A stretch of 64,000 nt of DNA from assembly GCA_014653455.1 (NCBI GenBank), contig JACWEN010000001.1:12945-76944 (forward strand). The letters run 5' to 3'. Shown one piece after another: positions 1 to 9,340 of this stretch. How positions within the stretch are numbered: the stretch's first letter is position 1; the number at the start of each line of letters is the position of its first letter. This stretch comes from Pelagibacterales bacterium SAG-MED46 (lineage in GTDB: Bacteria; Pseudomonadota; Alphaproteobacteria; Pelagibacterales; Pelagibacteraceae). The position numbers and the translations under genes were made by a program. Below the pieces are notes generated by a model. It was not told the DNA's origin and made no database searches. It worked only from the letters and a program-made list of their open reading frames with translations.

Positions 1-1
1 G

Positions 2-199
2 AAAGGGTGCCCTTTTAATTTCAATACTTTAGAAAAAAATAATTCAATAAATTCTATTTATAATGGAATAGCATTTACTGCTGATATGCTTGATGACAAT
101 CCAGATAAAGTAAGATTATTTGCTCTTAGAAGTTTTGGTGAGTCTTTGTATCACTCTATTACTGATGCATCTTTAGAGTTTGGTTTTATATCGTCATAA
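2..199 (+). CDS. soxG: Sarcosine oxidase gamma subunit family protein, 3' end only (truncated by window edge)
   Basis: Frame from nt 2 reads KGCPFNFNTLEKNNS...RLFALRSFGESLYHSITDASLEFGFISS* (TAA 197-199). The KGCP and RSF..L...DA..EFG patterns match the SoxG C-terminus. Not in the ORF track. Confidence 0.75.
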   Translation, partial: KGCPFNFNTLEKNNSINSIYNGIAFTADMLDDNPDKVRLFALRSFGESLYHSITDASLEFGFISS

Positions 200-204
200 T
201 AATT

Positions 205-1053
205 TTAATCCCTAGTAGCAATGTAAACGCCAATAGTAGTTATTAAAAAACCTATAAGATCTACATTAGTCAAACTTTCATTTAAAAAAAGCCAAGCCAT
301 AAAGGCAGATGTAGCTGGGATTAAAAAAAATATTGAAACAGTTTTGCTCGCAGAGTTATTTTTTATTAAATACATCAATATTGTAAAAGCACCAAATGAT
401 ACTAAAAATATTTGATGACTCATCGCAATTACAAATGTTTGAGAAAAATCAATATATGGTTTTGCAAAAAAAATTATAATTATTAAATGAAATATACATC
501 CACCTAAAGCTTGATACATATTACTTACAGATAATGGTAAATTATTACTAAGTTTTTTTTGCCAAATAGTTGAAGAGGTAATTGCAATTAAAGCTATTAT
601 AGTTGCAATCAAACCTATCATTGGAATATTCGAACCAATATCAAAACCCAGAACCAAGGTAGCGCCAATGAAACCTAATAAAACACCTACCCACTGTTTG
701 GTTGTTACTTTTTCATTTAATATTGGTCCACTAAGAGCATTTGTGAGTATTGGCTGAAGTGTAACTATTAATGCAGCAATGCCAGTGGGCATCCCTTTTG
801 AAATTGAAAAAAAAACTCCACCTAAATATACCCCATGAAAAAGCACACCACTAAAAAAAGATTCAACAAAATTTTTTTTACTTACAAAAATTTTTTGTTT
901 GGAATAAATAGAAAACAAAAAAAAACCTATAGCTACAAATAAAAATCTAAAAGCAAGTGCTGCAAATGGATCACTATTATCCACTATTGGCTTTGTAGTA
1001 ATAAAAGCTGAAGACCATAATAAAATAAAAATAAAGGGGAAAATTTTAAACAT
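205..1053 (-). CDS. DMT/EamA family transporter
   Basis: 282 aa, about 10 hydrophobic segments, two EamA repeats (LLWSSAF...; LQPILT...E.V...W.G...G..G). Confidence 0.9.
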   Translation of the reverse strand: MFKIFPFIFILLWSSAFITTKPIVDNSDPFAALAFRFLFVAIGFFLFSIYSKQKIFVSKKNFVESFFSGVLFHGVYLGGVFFSISKGMPTGIAALIVTLQPILTNALSGPILNEKVTTKQWVGVLLGFIGATLVLGFDIGSNIPMIGLIATIIALIAITSSTIWQKKLSNNLPLSVSNMYQALGGCIFHLIIIIFFAKPYIDFSQTFVIAMSHQIFLVSFGAFTILMYLIKNNSASKTVSIFFLIPATSAFMAWLFLNESLTNVDLIGFLITTIGVYIATRD

Positions 1054-1153
1054 TTTTGATTTATAGATTATATATTTACTTAGTATTAGAAATAATAATG
1101 AATTCTACCTTGAGTTGAATATTAAAATCTGTATTAATTAAAGTTAGCTAATT

Positions 1154-1450
1154 ATGTTATTCAAAAAAATTTATTTTTTAGTATTAATTTTTATACTTTT
1201 GTTGGGATGTGTTCAGTCGACTGCTTTATTAGGACCCGGACTAACTATAGCTACAACAGGTAATGTTATGCAGGCTGGTATACAATATGGAGCTAATTCA
1301 GCAATAATGAAAGAAACAGGCAAGGATGCAATTACATATGTTAAGGATGTTGTAGAAGAAGATAAAAAAAAAAGAAAATTTAAAAAAGATTTTAGTTCTA
1401 TGGTTAAAAAAAGAGTAAAAATAGCAAGAGAAAAAATATCTACAAATTAA
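1154..1450 (+). CDS. Small hypothetical lipoprotein
   Basis: Basic N-terminus, hydrophobic stretch and lipobox-like LLLGC. Confidence 0.65.
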   Translation: MLFKKIYFLVLIFILLLGCVQSTALLGPGLTIATTGNVMQAGIQYGANSAIMKETGKDAITYVKDVVEEDKKKRKFKKDFSSMVKKRVKIAREKISTN

Positions 1451-1887
1451 TCAATTATTTTTAGTTTAATTAATTGTTTTTGCTTCGTTTCTTTGCACCA
1501 CATTTCATAGCTTTCACAAACTCGCCAAAGATGATCAAATGCTCTTTGAGAAATTTCTAAAGGAAAATGACTTTTAGCATAATATAACTTAGGAATTTTC
1601 ATTAAAAATTTTACCATAGAATCTTTTTGAATTTCTAATAATTTTATTGTCTCATTGTTAATCTTTTTACCAGTAATTTTATCTACATAATCGTTTTTTT
1701 TTAATTCTAAAAACCATAGATCATGAAATTCACCCGAACTAATAAAATCATAATCTTTTGTGGTCATAAAAACCTCAAATGCCTGTATATTACTCATTTC
1801 TTGATTTTGTTGTTTAATTTCAAATATTTTTAAATAGATTAGTTCTGCAACTCTTAGAACATAAGGCTTATCGGTATCTGACTCCAT
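1447..1887 (-). CDS. Hypothetical protein
   Basis: 146 aa ORF starting 3 nt after the racemase stop; no recognisable motif. Confidence 0.7.
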   Translation of the reverse strand: MESDTDKPYVLRVAELIYLKIFEIKQQNQEMSNIQAFEVFMTTKDYDFISSGEFHDLWFLELKKNDYVDKITGKKINNETIKLLEIQKDSMVKFLMKIPKLYYAKSHFPLEISQRAFDHLWRVCESYEMWCKETKQKQLIKLKIID

Positions 1888-1890
1888 AAA

Positions 1891-2637
1891 TTAATGTTTG
1901 TATTTGGTCATTGCTGAGTTAGCTAAAATTAAATTTGGATCTAAGAAAATTTTAGATGATTTAATATTTTTAAATGACTTGAATGCAAAAATTGCTATAG
2001 GTAATTCAGTACATCCTAAAATTATTTTTTTACATTTCTTTTTAATTAATTCATTGATTGCAGGTTTTATTGCTTTTTCTGCTGCTCTTACATTTCCCAT
2101 TTTTACAAATTTAATTGCTTTATTTACAGATTTTTTTTGAAGATTTTGAGATGGTTGAGTTAAATTATAATCTTTATTAAAAAATTTATTATATACACCT
2201 GTTTTTAAAGTTCCCTCTGTTGCTAATAGACCAACTTTTGAATTTTTTTTACAGTTTATTTTTGTAAAATTATAAACCTCTTTTGGCATATTAATAATTG
2301 GAATACTAATTTTTCGTTGTAAATCGTCAAACCAATAATGTGCTGTATTACAAGGTATAACAATAAATTTACATTTATTTTTTTCGAGTAGTTTGCAACC
2401 CTGAAGTAAACTTTTCAAAACACGATTATATTTTTTTTTACTTTCACTATTTGTAGATTTATTAGATAAATTTCCCGTTTGAATTCCTATAGACTCAGGT
2501 CTTCCAGGTATATTTGATTTGTTATAGAGCAAGAACAGGGGGTACTCTTGATCAATTTTTCCTCTATTTAAAATTGCAAGCTTGTTACAAAAGTCTAAGC
2601 CTGCTTGAGTCCCCATTCCTCCTAAAATACCGATCAT
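1891..2637 (-). CDS. Aspartate/glutamate racemase family (PLP-independent amino-acid racemase)
   Basis: IGILGGMG N-terminus; catalytic Cys motifs IPCNTAH and LGCTEL; GLLATEGT. Confidence 0.92.
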   Translation of the reverse strand: MIGILGGMGTQAGLDFCNKLAILNRGKIDQEYPLFLLYNKSNIPGRPESIGIQTGNLSNKSTNSESKKKYNRVLKSLLQGCKLLEKNKCKFIVIPCNTAHYWFDDLQRKISIPIINMPKEVYNFTKINCKKNSKVGLLATEGTLKTGVYNKFFNKDYNLTQPSQNLQKKSVNKAIKFVKMGNVRAAEKAIKPAINELIKKKCKKIILGCTELPIAIFAFKSFKNIKSSKIFLDPNLILANSAMTKYKH

Positions 2638-2747
2638 ATTTTTTGAATAATTTATTATTAGGTTTGTTTATTAATACCTCTCATAAAAACTATGAGTAGG
2701 CAACAATTTTTCGTAACTGTATCTAAAGACTGAATTTGATTTTTTGG

Positions 2748-2803
2748 TATTGGCTGAAAAATAAAGTTTAATCTATTGATTATTTTTTTGTTTTCAGCCA
2801 ATA
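2748..2803 (-). terminator. Inverted repeat just downstream of the cold-shock gene (terminator or 3' stabilising hairpin)
   Basis: TATTGGCTGAAAA (2748-2760) and TTTTCAGCCAATA (2791-2803) are perfect 13-bp reverse complements; the repeat begins 12 nt past the csp stop. Confidence 0.55.
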
Positions 2804-2815
2804 GGAATGTGAATA

Positions 2816-3022
2816 TTACGCAGTTTTTAAGTTAACTGCTGAAGGACCTTTTGGACCATCTTCAACATCGAAAGTCAAAGCCTGACCCTCATCTAAACCG
2901 TTCATACCAGCATCTCTTACAGCTGAAACATGTACAAACACATCTTTTTCTTTATCTTCTCTTTCAATAAAACCAAAACCTTTGGTAGGATTGAACCATT
3001 TTACTTTTCCTTGTAGACTCAT
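2816..3022 (-). CDS. cspA: Cold-shock RNA-binding protein (CspA family)
   Basis: GKVKWFN, RNP1 KGFGFI, RNP2 [14 protein letters not shown]. Confidence 0.97.
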   Translation of the reverse strand: MSLQGKVKWFNPTKGFGFIEREDKEKDVFVHVSAVRDAGMNGLDEGQALTFDVEDGPKGPSAVNLKTA

Positions 3023-3103
3023 ATTTATCTTCTTACTTTTCGTTGTATTAATTTATTACTTATAATTAAGTAATTCTGGCTTTGTTTAGATTTTCTAGGG
3101 TTT

Positions 3104-3109
3104 TGTCAA
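3104..3109 (-). promoter_or_regulatory. Candidate sigma70 -35 element for the cold-shock gene
   Basis: TTGACA on the minus strand about 80 nt upstream of the ATG; the -10 match is weak. Confidence 0.35.
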
Positions 3110-3140
3110 CAAAATATATTCAAAATATAAATTAATCTTA

Positions 3141-3608
3141 TCAACTGTTGTTAATAAGCTTACTTAAATAAACAGAATTTATGTCTTGTTTATAATGTGC
3201 AAAAGGCTCACATGGTTCAAAACCACACTTTTTAAATAGTTTTCTAGCAGGTTTAAAAAATTCTCCTGCACCAGTTTCTATGCTCAATTTTAAAATATCT
3301 AATTTTTTTGCCTCTGAAATTAAATGATTGATAACATTAATGCCATTGCCTTTTTTTCTAAAATTATCGTGAATTCTTATAGATTTAAATTCACCATGAT
3401 TTTTTTCTAAAAATTTTAAAGCGCCACACCCCATCAACTGTCCATTATCCCATAGGCTCCAAAATTTGATAGAAGGAACTTGTAATCCCGGTATATCTAA
3501 AACATGTGCGCTACCTTCAGGTGAGGCTGCTCTTAATTCTACAAAGTGTTTAATCAAAAGCTCATTAACTTCAGGATGATCAAAATTACCTTCTATAGAT
3601 TTCAACAT
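3141..3608 (-). CDS. GNAT family N-acetyltransferase (YsnE-like)
   Basis: SPEGSAHVLD, GCGALK, GEFKS.R, acetyl-CoA loop FRKKGNG, LSIETG. Confidence 0.88.
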   Translation of the reverse strand: MLKSIEGNFDHPEVNELLIKHFVELRAASPEGSAHVLDIPGLQVPSIKFWSLWDNGQLMGCGALKFLEKNHGEFKSIRIHDNFRKKGNGINVINHLISEAKKLDILKLSIETGAGEFFKPARKLFKKCGFEPCEPFAHYKQDINSVYLSKLINNS

Positions 3609-4655
3609 TTAAATTAAAGTAGTAAGATGTCCCATTTTTCTTTTTTCTTTAATTTCTTTTTTTAAATAATCAAAGAAAAATTCATTTTCATTAAGTTTTG
3701 TTATTTTTCTATAATGAGAAATTTCATCTCCAATAAGATTAAGCATTCTTGCATTAGATATTTTTTCTAATGGAATTTGATTTAATCCACATACTGCTCG
3801 GATATGATTTTCAAATTGGCTTATATTATATGCATTAATTGTTAAATGACCTGAATTATGAACCCTTGGAGCAATTTCATTTACATATAGATTGTCATTT
3901 CTATCAATGAAGAATTCCACACATAAAGTTCCTATATATTTTAACTCCTCAGCAATTGTCATGGCCCATTCTTTAGATAGGTTAAATATTTTATTATCAA
4001 TTTCTGCAGGTATTTTAGAATTCTTTAATATTTGATTTTGATGTACATTTTCAATTGGCTCATAAATTTCATATTTAAGATTATTAAATCTAGTGATTAT
4101 TATAGATATTTCTTTTTTTAATTTTACTAGTTTTTCCAAAATGTATCCTTTTGAAAAATCTACATTTAGAGAATTCAGTTCTTGAATAGACTTAATAGGA
4201 TGTTGTCCTTTTCCATCATAACCCAAGGTTGTTGTTTTTAAAATTCCAGGTAAAAAATCTTCAAGAGCTTCAATATCTGATTTTTTTTCAATGGATACAT
4301 ACCTTGTTGTTCTTATATTCAACTTATTAATAAAGTCTTTTTCAGCTAATCTATGTTGTATAAGTCTGTTTATAGATGGCTTTGGTAAAACTGGTTTTAA
4401 CTTATTGATCTCATTAAGAGTTTCGAAAGGAATATTTTCAAATTCAAAAGTAACAACATTTACTAGATTTACAAATTCATTAATTTTATCTTTATTATCG
4501 TAATTTCCAAAAATGAATTTATTACAAAAGTTCTGAGCTGGGGCATCATTATCATCGGAAAAGACAATAGTTTTAATATTCAATTTTTTAGCAGCTATGA
4601 CAAGCATACTTCCAAGTTGTCCACCACCAATTATTCCAAGAGTAATATCTGACAT
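3609..4655 (-). CDS. purK: N5-carboxyaminoimidazole ribonucleotide synthase
   Basis: GIIGGGQLG, TFEFEN, GYDGKGQ, NEIAPRVHNSGH, RKMGH; directly downstream of purE. Confidence 0.97.
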   Translation of the reverse strand: MSDITLGIIGGGQLGSMLVIAAKKLNIKTIVFSDDNDAPAQNFCNKFIFGNYDNKDKINEFVNLVNVVTFEFENIPFETLNEINKLKPVLPKPSINRLIQHRLAEKDFINKLNIRTTRYVSIEKKSDIEALEDFLPGILKTTTLGYDGKGQHPIKSIQELNSLNVDFSKGYILEKLVKLKKEISIIITRFNNLKYEIYEPIENVHQNQILKNSKIPAEIDNKIFNLSKEWAMTIAEELKYIGTLCVEFFIDRNDNLYVNEIAPRVHNSGHLTINAYNISQFENHIRAVCGLNQIPLEKISNARMLNLIGDEISHYRKITKLNENEFFFDYLKKEIKEKRKMGHLTTLI

Positions 4656-4657
4656 TT

Positions 4658-5149
4658 TTATTTAGGATTTTTTTTTACAGATTTGGTTTGTACGAGTCTC
4701 CAACTATCCAATTTTTTTCTAATTGATAAATTATTGTTCGCAATTATTGCCGCTGCAAGTAATGCAGCATTAATTGCACCATCCTCACCTACAGCAAGTG
4801 TACCAACAGGTATACCTTTAGGCATTTGTGCTATGGATAATAGACTATCTAATCCTTTTAATTTTTTACTTTCTATAGGGACTCCTAAAACTGGCAATGT
4901 TGTTAATGCAGAAATCATCCCAGGCAAATGTGCTGATCCACCAGCTCCTGCTATAATTACACCTATATTATTTTCTTTAGCTTTAAGTGCATATTCATAC
5001 ATTCTTTTTGGAGTTCTGTGAGCTGATATAATTCTTGTTTCAAAAGACACACCAATTTTTTTAAGTGTTTTTTCCGTAAGTTTCATAGTTTTGTAGTCAG
5101 ATTGACTACCCATAATTATTGAAACTTTTAGTGATTTATTTTTTTTCAT
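4658..5149 (-). CDS. purE: N5-CAIR mutase
   Basis: IMGSQSD, SAHRTP, AGAGGSAHLPGM, QMPKGIPVGT. Confidence 0.98.
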   Translation of the reverse strand: MKKNKSLKVSIIMGSQSDYKTMKLTEKTLKKIGVSFETRIISAHRTPKRMYEYALKAKENNIGVIIAGAGGSAHLPGMISALTTLPVLGVPIESKKLKGLDSLLSIAQMPKGIPVGTLAVGEDGAINAALLAAAIIANNNLSIRKKLDSWRLVQTKSVKKNPK

Positions 5150-5244
5150 GAAAATTAAACTAGAATCTTTATTTCAAAATTAGCTTAAAATTTCAATAAA
5201 ATTAATAGTATTTAAAAAACATATTGATTAGAGTTAAAAATAAT

Positions 5245-6210
5245 ATGAATTTTAAAATTGATAACCTACAATATTGCAACTGGTCTAGAGAAATATTCGA
5301 ATTTAATCGAGAAGCAAACTTAGATGCAGTCCATGTAACCATTGTTTATCACGAAGATTATGATGAATTGTTAGTAGAAATTAAAAAATGGGAAAAAATT
5401 TTTTCATCAAATTCAGATTTAATTTTTTTAGGTAAAGATTTCAAAGATATCGAAAAAGCTAATATTGAAAAAAAAACTGCAATTTTTTTTGGTTTTCAAA
5501 ACTGCTCTCCTATTGAAGACGATATAAATTTAGTAGAAAAAGTACATTCTTTAGGCTGTCGCTTTATGCAACTCACTTATAATAATCAGTCATTATTAGC
5601 TACAGGCTGTTATGAAAAAATTGATAGTGGAGTTACCAATTTTGGTCGAGAAGTTATAAAGGAAATGAATAGGGTAGGAGTTGTAATAGATATGTCTCAT
5701 TCTGCAGAAAAAAGTACCTTTGATGCAATTGAGTTAAGTGAAAAGCCCATAGCAATTACTCATGCTAATCCATCTTTTTGGCATCCTGCAAAAAGAAACA
5801 AGTCTAATGATTTATTAAAAGCATTAAGTGATAGTGGAGGAATATTAGGGCTTTCACTTTATCCTCATCACCTAAAAGATAATACCAATTGTACTATTGA
5901 AAATTTTTGTGAAATGGTTGCAAAAACAGTTGAAGTAATGGATATCAAAAATGTTGGTATTGGTTCTGATCTTTGTTTAAATCAACCAGACAAAATAGTT
6001 GAATGGATGAGAAATGGCACATGGTCAAAAAGTAAAAACTATGGCGAGGGATCAAAAAATAAACCAGGATTTCCCCAACAACCAGAGTGGTTTAAGGATG
6101 CTAGAGGTTTTGAAAATATAGAAAATGGGTTAAAAAAAATAGGATTTTCAGATAGTGAGACACATGGGATACTAGGAAATAATTGGTACAATTTCTATAA
6201 ATCAATTTGA
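5245..6210 (+). CDS. Membrane dipeptidase (peptidase M19/amidohydrolase) family protein with an atypical metal site
   Basis: QLTYN, G.TNFG.EV..EMNR.G..IDMSH, THAN, GIGSD, GILG.NW. ATG 5245 preferred over TTG 5224. Confidence 0.85.
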   Translation: MNFKIDNLQYCNWSREIFEFNREANLDAVHVTIVYHEDYDELLVEIKKWEKIFSSNSDLIFLGKDFKDIEKANIEKKTAIFFGFQNCSPIEDDINLVEKVHSLGCRFMQLTYNNQSLLATGCYEKIDSGVTNFGREVIKEMNRVGVVIDMSHSAEKSTFDAIELSEKPIAITHANPSFWHPAKRNKSNDLLKALSDSGGILGLSLYPHHLKDNTNCTIENFCEMVAKTVEVMDIKNVGIGSDLCLNQPDKIVEWMRNGTWSKSKNYGEGSKNKPGFPQQPEWFKDARGFENIENGLKKIGFSDSETHGILGNNWYNFYKSI

Positions 6211-6212
6211 CT

Positions 6213-7874
6213 ATGAAAATAGAATTAAGAGATCCCAATGTGATAATGAAATTGTCGAGGCTAGGATCATTTCATCAATCAAAATTATCCTTTTTAAGAA
6301 GTTTTCTTAAAGAGTTTAAGGATTGGGATTATAAAAGAGATTTGTTTAATTTAAATCAGAGTGGTTTTGGAGAGGCTGTATATTCTTTTAAAAAAGAAAA
6401 TAGAGTTTACTCTTTAGTTTGTTTTGCTAATGAAATTAAAGATGAGGAAAGATCAGACAGAGTAATAGCCACTAAATGGGATGCAGCTTTTACACTTCAT
6501 GATGGAGTTCCATCTAAAAATGATATTCAAAGATTAAAAAATGAAGTTCCCAAACAAGAGGTTGGAAGACTTTCGTTTAAAGAATTAACCTTATCTAGAG
6601 CAAATAAATCTATAAGAGTATTTAATCACGTAGTAGAAAATTTAAGTGAGGGCAAGCAACCTGACTTAGATCTTTTATCAAAAGTTGGGTACTTATATAG
6701 GACAACAGCAGTATATGGCTCAGGAAAATTCGGACTAGCAGATAGATTTAGAATTAAAAATAGAAAAGAAATTAATGGACCTTTTAGATTAGAAATGATG
6801 CTTGTTTACTTAGTAAGACAATTCACTTTTGATCAGGTAAATCATATTGCCTACTATAAAAATCCTAAAAATGCTGTGAAGTTAGATGAAAAAATATGTA
6901 AAAATCTAGGTATAGGGAATTCAACAGGTTTAGGTATGGCCCCTTTTATTGTTAACCATCCAACATTATTGAATAATTGGATTTTAAGTAGAGAAATTGC
7001 TTTAAAAAAAATAAGAGAAATTAAAAATGTTAAAGATACAGATTATAAGCTTTTCATAGAGTGTATTAAAAGATCAATAACAAATATCACTAGTTGGAAT
7101 AGTGATAGTGAGTATCAAAAAATTAAGATTAAATCATTGTTAAGTGATGTTCAAAAGTTTCTATATTATATAGAAAATGAATTTTATTCTAAAACTGAAT
7201 ATGCTTTTAATAAAATTTATTTATGGTTAGAAGATCAAACATGTGAAGAATGTATTGAGTATATAGTTTCAATAATGATGGAGCCATACAGCACTATAAC
7301 TGACCCTTTGGTCAGGAATATGAGCTCTGATGAAGATAAGTATTTCAATATACCAACAAATCGAACTGTAAAGGAATTAAGAACAATAATAGAAAATAAA
7401 TATCCAAATATTTTAGATATAAATTTTGAAGACAAAGAGAATTACCAGAATTTTTGGTTTATTTCTAAAAATAAAGAAGAACCTAGGATGGCTGATAGGT
7501 TTAAAGAACATGGCTCAGAATTAGAACAGCCCCTTGCAATAGCCAGAGATATTAAAAAACTTTATGAAAAATTATTAATATCAAAAAATAGCCTATCTAT
7601 TGCTAAATTTTTATTTGATAATTCAGAATTAAGACATGTTGTAAGAAGAGCTTTTGTAGTAGAAAAATTTCCTTATTCAGAAATTCAGGATAATACAATT
7701 GGTAAAAAAATAGTTCCAATTGATATGTTAAGATTAAAATTATCTTTTTTTGGAGCGCTTAAATTTGACCCTAGATCAGATAAATGGTTAAGAATTTGTA
7801 TGTTTCAAGGAGCTCCATTACCTAATGAATTAAAAAATTACGATGAACAGTGGGTTTACAAAACAAATATTTGA
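6213..7874 (+). CDS. Conserved hypothetical protein (about 553 aa)
   Basis: Long ORF coupled to both neighbours; conserved-looking blocks RSDRVIA..WD, GYL.RTTAVYGSGKFG, GIGNSTGLGMAPF..NHP, KEEPR, FDPRSD.W.RI.MFQGAP. Confidence 0.85.
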   Translation: MKIELRDPNVIMKLSRLGSFHQSKLSFLRSFLKEFKDWDYKRDLFNLNQSGFGEAVYSFKKENRVYSLVCFANEIKDEERSDRVIATKWDAAFTLHDGVPSKNDIQRLKNEVPKQEVGRLSFKELTLSRANKSIRVFNHVVENLSEGKQPDLDLLSKVGYLYRTTAVYGSGKFGLADRFRIKNRKEINGPFRLEMMLVYLVRQFTFDQVNHIAYYKNPKNAVKLDEKICKNLGIGNSTGLGMAPFIVNHPTLLNNWILSREIALKKIREIKNVKDTDYKLFIECIKRSITNITSWNSDSEYQKIKIKSLLSDVQKFLYYIENEFYSKTEYAFNKIYLWLEDQTCEECIEYIVSIMMEPYSTITDPLVRNMSSDEDKYFNIPTNRTVKELRTIIENKYPNILDINFEDKENYQNFWFISKNKEEPRMADRFKEHGSELEQPLAIARDIKKLYEKLLISKNSLSIAKFLFDNSELRHVVRRAFVVEKFPYSEIQDNTIGKKIVPIDMLRLKLSFFGALKFDPRSDKWLRICMFQGAPLPNELKNYDEQWVYKTNI

Positions 7875-7876
7875 TT

Positions 7877-8488
7877 ATGAGATCTTTAAGTGAAATTGAG
7901 ACAACAGCCAAAAGGGCATCAAGGGCAATAGGTTTTTCCTGGGGTGTTTCAGAAGAGATTGCAAAGAGTATAAGATTATTAGAATTATTTGGGCTTCCTG
8001 GAATTAAAAATATAAATCAATATTTTGAGGATAAAAAAGTAAAAAAATTTGAAAACTTAAATTTGATTACTGAAAAAAATTTATTATCTTCTGATGCTTT
8101 TTGCCCAGTAACGCTAGGTGTTAGTTTTTTGGATCAAGTTAGATCATTAGAAAAATTAAAAAAAATACAGTTTGCTAATGTTGCTTATCCAATTATATTT
8201 TTATCTTTTTTAAGTAGAGCATCGGAGGTAATTGGAAAAAAGATTTTTATTACTATAGATGATAATAAAATCTTACTAAATTTTAATGTAAGTATTAGTT
8301 CAAATTTCATTAATGAAAAATTCCCAAAATTTGGTAAAAATATTGAGATAGAATTTATAGAAAACCAGGATAATTTCACAGACTATGAATGGAAAAACTT
8401 ATATAATCTATCTGAAAACACTTTTGTAGAAGAGAGTGACAGCCTCAAGCAAGGTGCAGCTGGAGCAGGACTTACTGATAATGACTGA
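7877..8488 (+). CDS. DUF3726-like protein
   Basis: MRSLSEIE...KRA.RA.G.SWG..EE N-terminus and S...GAAGAGLTDND C-terminus typical of DUF3726; ATG 7877 preferred. Confidence 0.75.
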   Translation: MRSLSEIETTAKRASRAIGFSWGVSEEIAKSIRLLELFGLPGIKNINQYFEDKKVKKFENLNLITEKNLLSSDAFCPVTLGVSFLDQVRSLEKLKKIQFANVAYPIIFLSFLSRASEVIGKKIFITIDDNKILLNFNVSISSNFINEKFPKFGKNIEIEFIENQDNFTDYEWKNLYNLSENTFVEESDSLKQGAAGAGLTDND

Positions 8489-8648
8489 CAATTTAAACAG
8501 GAAACAAGATAAAGAAATTATGAGAGATTTAAACGATATTTGTGACGAATGCAAAGGAGAGGATGAGAGTGTTACTCAAAATTTAATTCTTATAGGTTTT
8601 AAATTATGTAAGTCTTGTAGAATTTCAAAAACAATTTTTCCAATTTAG
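8481..8648 (+). CDS. Small CxxC...CxxC (zinc-ribbon-like) protein, 55 aa
   Basis: ATG 8481 overlaps the end of the upstream gene; CDEC...CKSC. Confidence 0.55.
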   Translation: MTDNLNRKQDKEIMRDLNDICDECKGEDESVTQNLILIGFKLCKSCRISKTIFPI

Positions 8649-9190
8649 CTTATTTGATTTACAGGCAACATATTCATTCTACTCATTACAAAAGAAATAG
8701 ATAAAAAAGCTATTATTAAAAAAGACAAAAACACTATACCAAAAGATTTAATATTTGATTTTAGATTTAATACTTGTTTGGTTGAGATGATTAATCCTGC
8801 AAAGATCCAAAATTGAGTTAAAAAAATTATTGGTATCATCATATTAGGTGTAACTGCAAAAAATCTTAACAAACCAGGAGCATGTGCAAAGCCAACTGCA
8901 GTTAATACTTTTTTAAAAGGAACTTTTGTTTGTTTGTCTGGAAAGAGTTTAACTCCAATAACATAAATAAAAATTGCCCAAATTAACCAGGTTAAAATTG
9001 AAGTAAGTCCTGACATTGCAATAGCAGTTTTAATAACTGTGTTTGCAGCTACAGCTCCTGCAATTCCATCTAAAATCATTATCAATCCAGCAAAGTATAT
9101 TGAAGCTTCACCAAAATTTTTATTATCTTTGTATAAAGATTTATCTAATTTTATTGATTTGAAAACTATACTTAAAAACTCACCAAACAT
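8645..9190 (-). CDS. Yip1-like membrane protein
   Basis: 181 aa, about 5 TM segments, V...VGFA.APG motif. Confidence 0.7.
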   Translation of the reverse strand: MFGEFLSIVFKSIKLDKSLYKDNKNFGEASIYFAGLIMILDGIAGAVAANTVIKTAIAMSGLTSILTWLIWAIFIYVIGVKLFPDKQTKVPFKKVLTAVGFAHAPGLLRFFAVTPNMMIPIIFLTQFWIFAGLIISTKQVLNLKSNIKSFGIVFLSFLIIAFLSISFVMSRMNMLPVNQIS

Positions 9191-9300
9191 TATTTTTTAT
9201 TCTTGTTATTTCTCTGTGCTTTATACGAAACAATTAATGGAAATATTATTAAAGCAATCGCAATGATAATGCAAATTGCGATTAAAAAGCCTTTAGTCAT
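9190..9300 (-). CDS. Unannotated 36-aa single-pass membrane protein
   Basis: MTKGFLIAICIIIAIALIIFPLIVSYKAQRNNKNKK*; its TAA overlaps the Yip1 ATG (TAATG). Confidence 0.65.
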   Translation of the reverse strand: MTKGFLIAICIIIAIALIIFPLIVSYKAQRNNKNKK

Positions 9301-9309
9301 CAGAATTGC

Positions 9310-9330
9310 GGGGGAGTAATAAGCTCCCCC
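9310..9330 (-). terminator. GC-rich hairpin after the aminomethyltransferase gene
   Basis: GGGGGAG-N7-CTCCCCC, 10 nt past the stop; no U-tract, so it may be a stabiliser or attenuator. Confidence 0.55.
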
Positions 9331-9340
9331 TCAAATAAAT

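Noticed and set aside
1898..5021. Plus-strand ORFs 1898-2140, 2514-2699, 4291-4503 and 4683-5021
   Set aside because: Antisense shadows of the racemase, purK and purE, with no motifs.
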